Below the pieces are notes generated by a model. The model saw only the letters and a list, made by a program, of their open reading frames with translations, was not told where the DNA came from and did no database searches. A stretch of 37,379 bases of DNA from Azolla caroliniana. Its lineage: Eukaryota; Plantae; Polypodiophyta. Positions 35,923-37,379 of the stretch are shown here, piece after piece. The position numbers and the translations under genes were made by a program. The DNA lies in NCBI GenBank assembly GCA_043228905.1, contig JBHGNT010000300.1, forward strand, positions 1-37,379. The letters run 5' to 3'. Numbering within the stretch: position 1 is the first letter of the stretch; each line of letters opens with the position of its first letter.

Positions 35923-36072
35923 TTACAAGATACAAAGATCTATTGTTGTGACTTGAATTGTGAGCAGTATTCGAATGTAATTAAGTCATGAAATGCATGT
36001 AATTGAACAATGAATTATAAGAATAAGTTCATGTTTTTTCTAGTGACTTGAATTCCTAGCTTTATTGGAACA

Positions 36073-36513
36073 TGTTGAGATATCAAGCTTAACTAGTTTA
36101 ATCTAGTTATTCAACACATGTAACTTAGTAGTTACCTAGATCGAATCTAGTTAATGTGTTGACCTTAAGCCTTTAAATAGGACCTTGTACTTAAGTGGGA
36201 TATTCTAGATCCTCCACTCCTTAGTACATTTAATGTAAGACTTACACATACGTACCTATGTTCTACCCACACATGTGCACCTTTGCACATGGGTTGTATA
36301 TATATACCTCATTGGGGGTATTTTTGTAAGTTGATGACACTTTTCAATATAGTCAATCATCCCCCATTTATCTTCGTGTTCATAAGTGTAAGTTACTCTC
36401 TCTCTCTTCCTCTCACACACTCTCACGCGCATATCATACTAATCTTCCGCTGCTTAACGTAACCATATAATTAGTCTCTCATTAACCCGAGTTAATTACC
36501 TAATTACTTAACA
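36073..36513 (+). repeat. 5' LTR of the copia element (441 bp)
   Basis: Array homology stops at ...TTATTGGAACA (36072). TG...CA ends with imperfect inverted termini, internal TATA-like TATATATATA near 36297, abuts the PBS. Confidence 0.85.
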
Positions 36514-36525
36514 TGGTATTAGAGC
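36514..36525 (+). promoter_or_regulatory. Primer binding site complementary to the initiator tRNA-Met 3' end
   Basis: TGGTATTAGAGC vs canonical TGGTATCAGAGC (one C>T). Confidence 0.88.
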
Positions 36526-36689
36526 GCGTGGTTTAGGAAATCCACTAAGCCCACCGCTTATTCGTGATTGTGTGTTCGAGACGCCGACGACAAATCCTGG
36601 CTATTCGCTATCCGCTACCGTAGTGCCGCTACGAAGGACGTTTACGCGACCAAGAGAAGAAAAACAAAACAGAAGACACAACAATCATC

Positions 36690-37325
36690 ATGAACAAACA
36701 AATGGGAAGCTCAGTCCCTAGCGAAAAGCTAGACCGAAGCAACTATTCATCTTGGGAGTACAAGATGATTCAATATCTTGTCGGCCAAGGGTATTGGGGC
36801 TACATCAACGGCGCACAAGAAAACAAACCTGAAACCGCACACGCCAACTACCCAATGTGGGAGCAAGGCGCGAGTCGGGTAATGTATTGCTTGGCAACAT
36901 GTGTAAAAAACCACATGCTTAGCCACATTCGTGACGCCAAGATGCCCAAAGAGGCGTGGGAAAATCTGAAGAAGATTTTCGCCGCGGACACATCCGCGCG
37001 CAAGCTTCAACTCCGGCAAGAGTTGAACAACATACGACAAAAAGAAATGTCTGTGACGGACTACACCGCCAAGATCAAGAGCATTTGCGACTCTCTTGGC
37101 TCCATCAACGTCAACATCGACGAGGACGAGATGGTGCAAGTATGCTTGGGCGGCCTCGCACAACGATTCAACCCGTTGAGAATGGCAATCTTGGCGAGAG
37201 ATACCCCTCCCTCCTTCTTCAACCTCCAATCAATGTTATTGGTCGAAGAAAACCACGTTCAACCAAAGACCAACACATCGGAAGGACAAATGCTCTTCTC
37301 CGATACGGATGGTGCCCATAGATGA
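36690..37325 (+). CDS. gag: Copia Gag (UBN2/Retrotran_gag_2-like), gag-pol frame interrupted by an in-frame TGA
   Basis: EKLDRSNYSSWEYKM..L...GYWGYI.G; KEAWENLKKIFA....ARKLQLRQEL.NI.Q..MSVTDY..KIKSICDSL..I; LGGL...FNPL. The frame stays open after the TGA (GRRGRGQF...). Confidence 0.85.
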   Translation: MNKQMGSSVPSEKLDRSNYSSWEYKMIQYLVGQGYWGYINGAQENKPETAHANYPMWEQGASRVMYCLATCVKNHMLSHIRDAKMPKEAWENLKKIFAADTSARKLQLRQELNNIRQKEMSVTDYTAKIKSICDSLGSINVNIDEDEMVQVCLGGLAQRFNPLRMAILARDTPPSFFNLQSMLLVEENHVQPKTNTSEGQMLFSDTDGAHR

Positions 37326-37379
37326 GGTCGACGCGGAAGAGGTCAATTCGACCTATCCCACGAAGGGAATTCACAATTT

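Larger units (their letters stand above)
30093..36072 (+). repeat. Higher-order tandem array of tRNA-Trp genes and pseudogenes (871-bp units x ~3.4, then 1055-bp and 1222-bp variants)
   Basis: Class-A tRNA copies start at 30308, 31179, 32050, 32921 (period 871), 33976 (+1055) and 35198 (+1222). The spacers are near-identical between units and contain further degenerate tRNA-Trp copies. Confidence 0.95.
36073..37379 (+). mobile_element. Ty1/copia LTR retrotransposon, 5' part (runs off the window)
   Basis: LTR TGTTGA...TTAACA directly followed by an iMet PBS and a copia-type gag ORF. Confidence 0.92.

Noticed and set aside
30093-36072. CRISPR-like repeat-spacer array
   Set aside because: The 'spacers' are themselves repeated and tRNA-derived, there are no cas genes, and the context is eukaryotic.
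36747-37321. Overlapping antisense and alternate-frame ORFs within gag
   Set aside because: Shadow ORFs of a GC-richer coding sequence with no independent support.

Overview
Eukaryotic, AT-rich land-plant nuclear DNA. The gene and transposon content fits a non-seed plant such as a fern, but that is inference. The left three quarters hold two intact, tandem, minus-strand multi-exon genes that I spliced by hand with consistent phases. One is an EDM2-like chromatin/RNA-processing gene (19 coding exons, 1004..13345, 1506 aa, with RFTS-like, composite PHD and N6-adenine methyltransferase-like regions). The other is a GH2 LacZ-type beta-galactosidase (17 coding exons, 15895..27916, 1086 aa). Their large introns and intergenic gap carry LINE remnants and LTRs, including an LTR that points into the EDM2 5' end. 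The most unusual element is a ~6-kb higher-order tandem array (30093..36072) built from tRNA-Trp(CCA) genes. It has about 26 tRNA-derived segments in five position classes: two look intact, one is borderline and the rest are decayed, several with shifted anticodons (CTA, TGA, CAA). They form 871-, 1055- and 1222-bp super-units derived from a ~265-bp monomer. A Ty1/copia element (5' LTR, iMet PBS, gag with an in-frame TGA) interrupts the array at the right edge. Two perfect local hairpins lie in the beta-galactosidase gene, one enclosing a 3' splice site.
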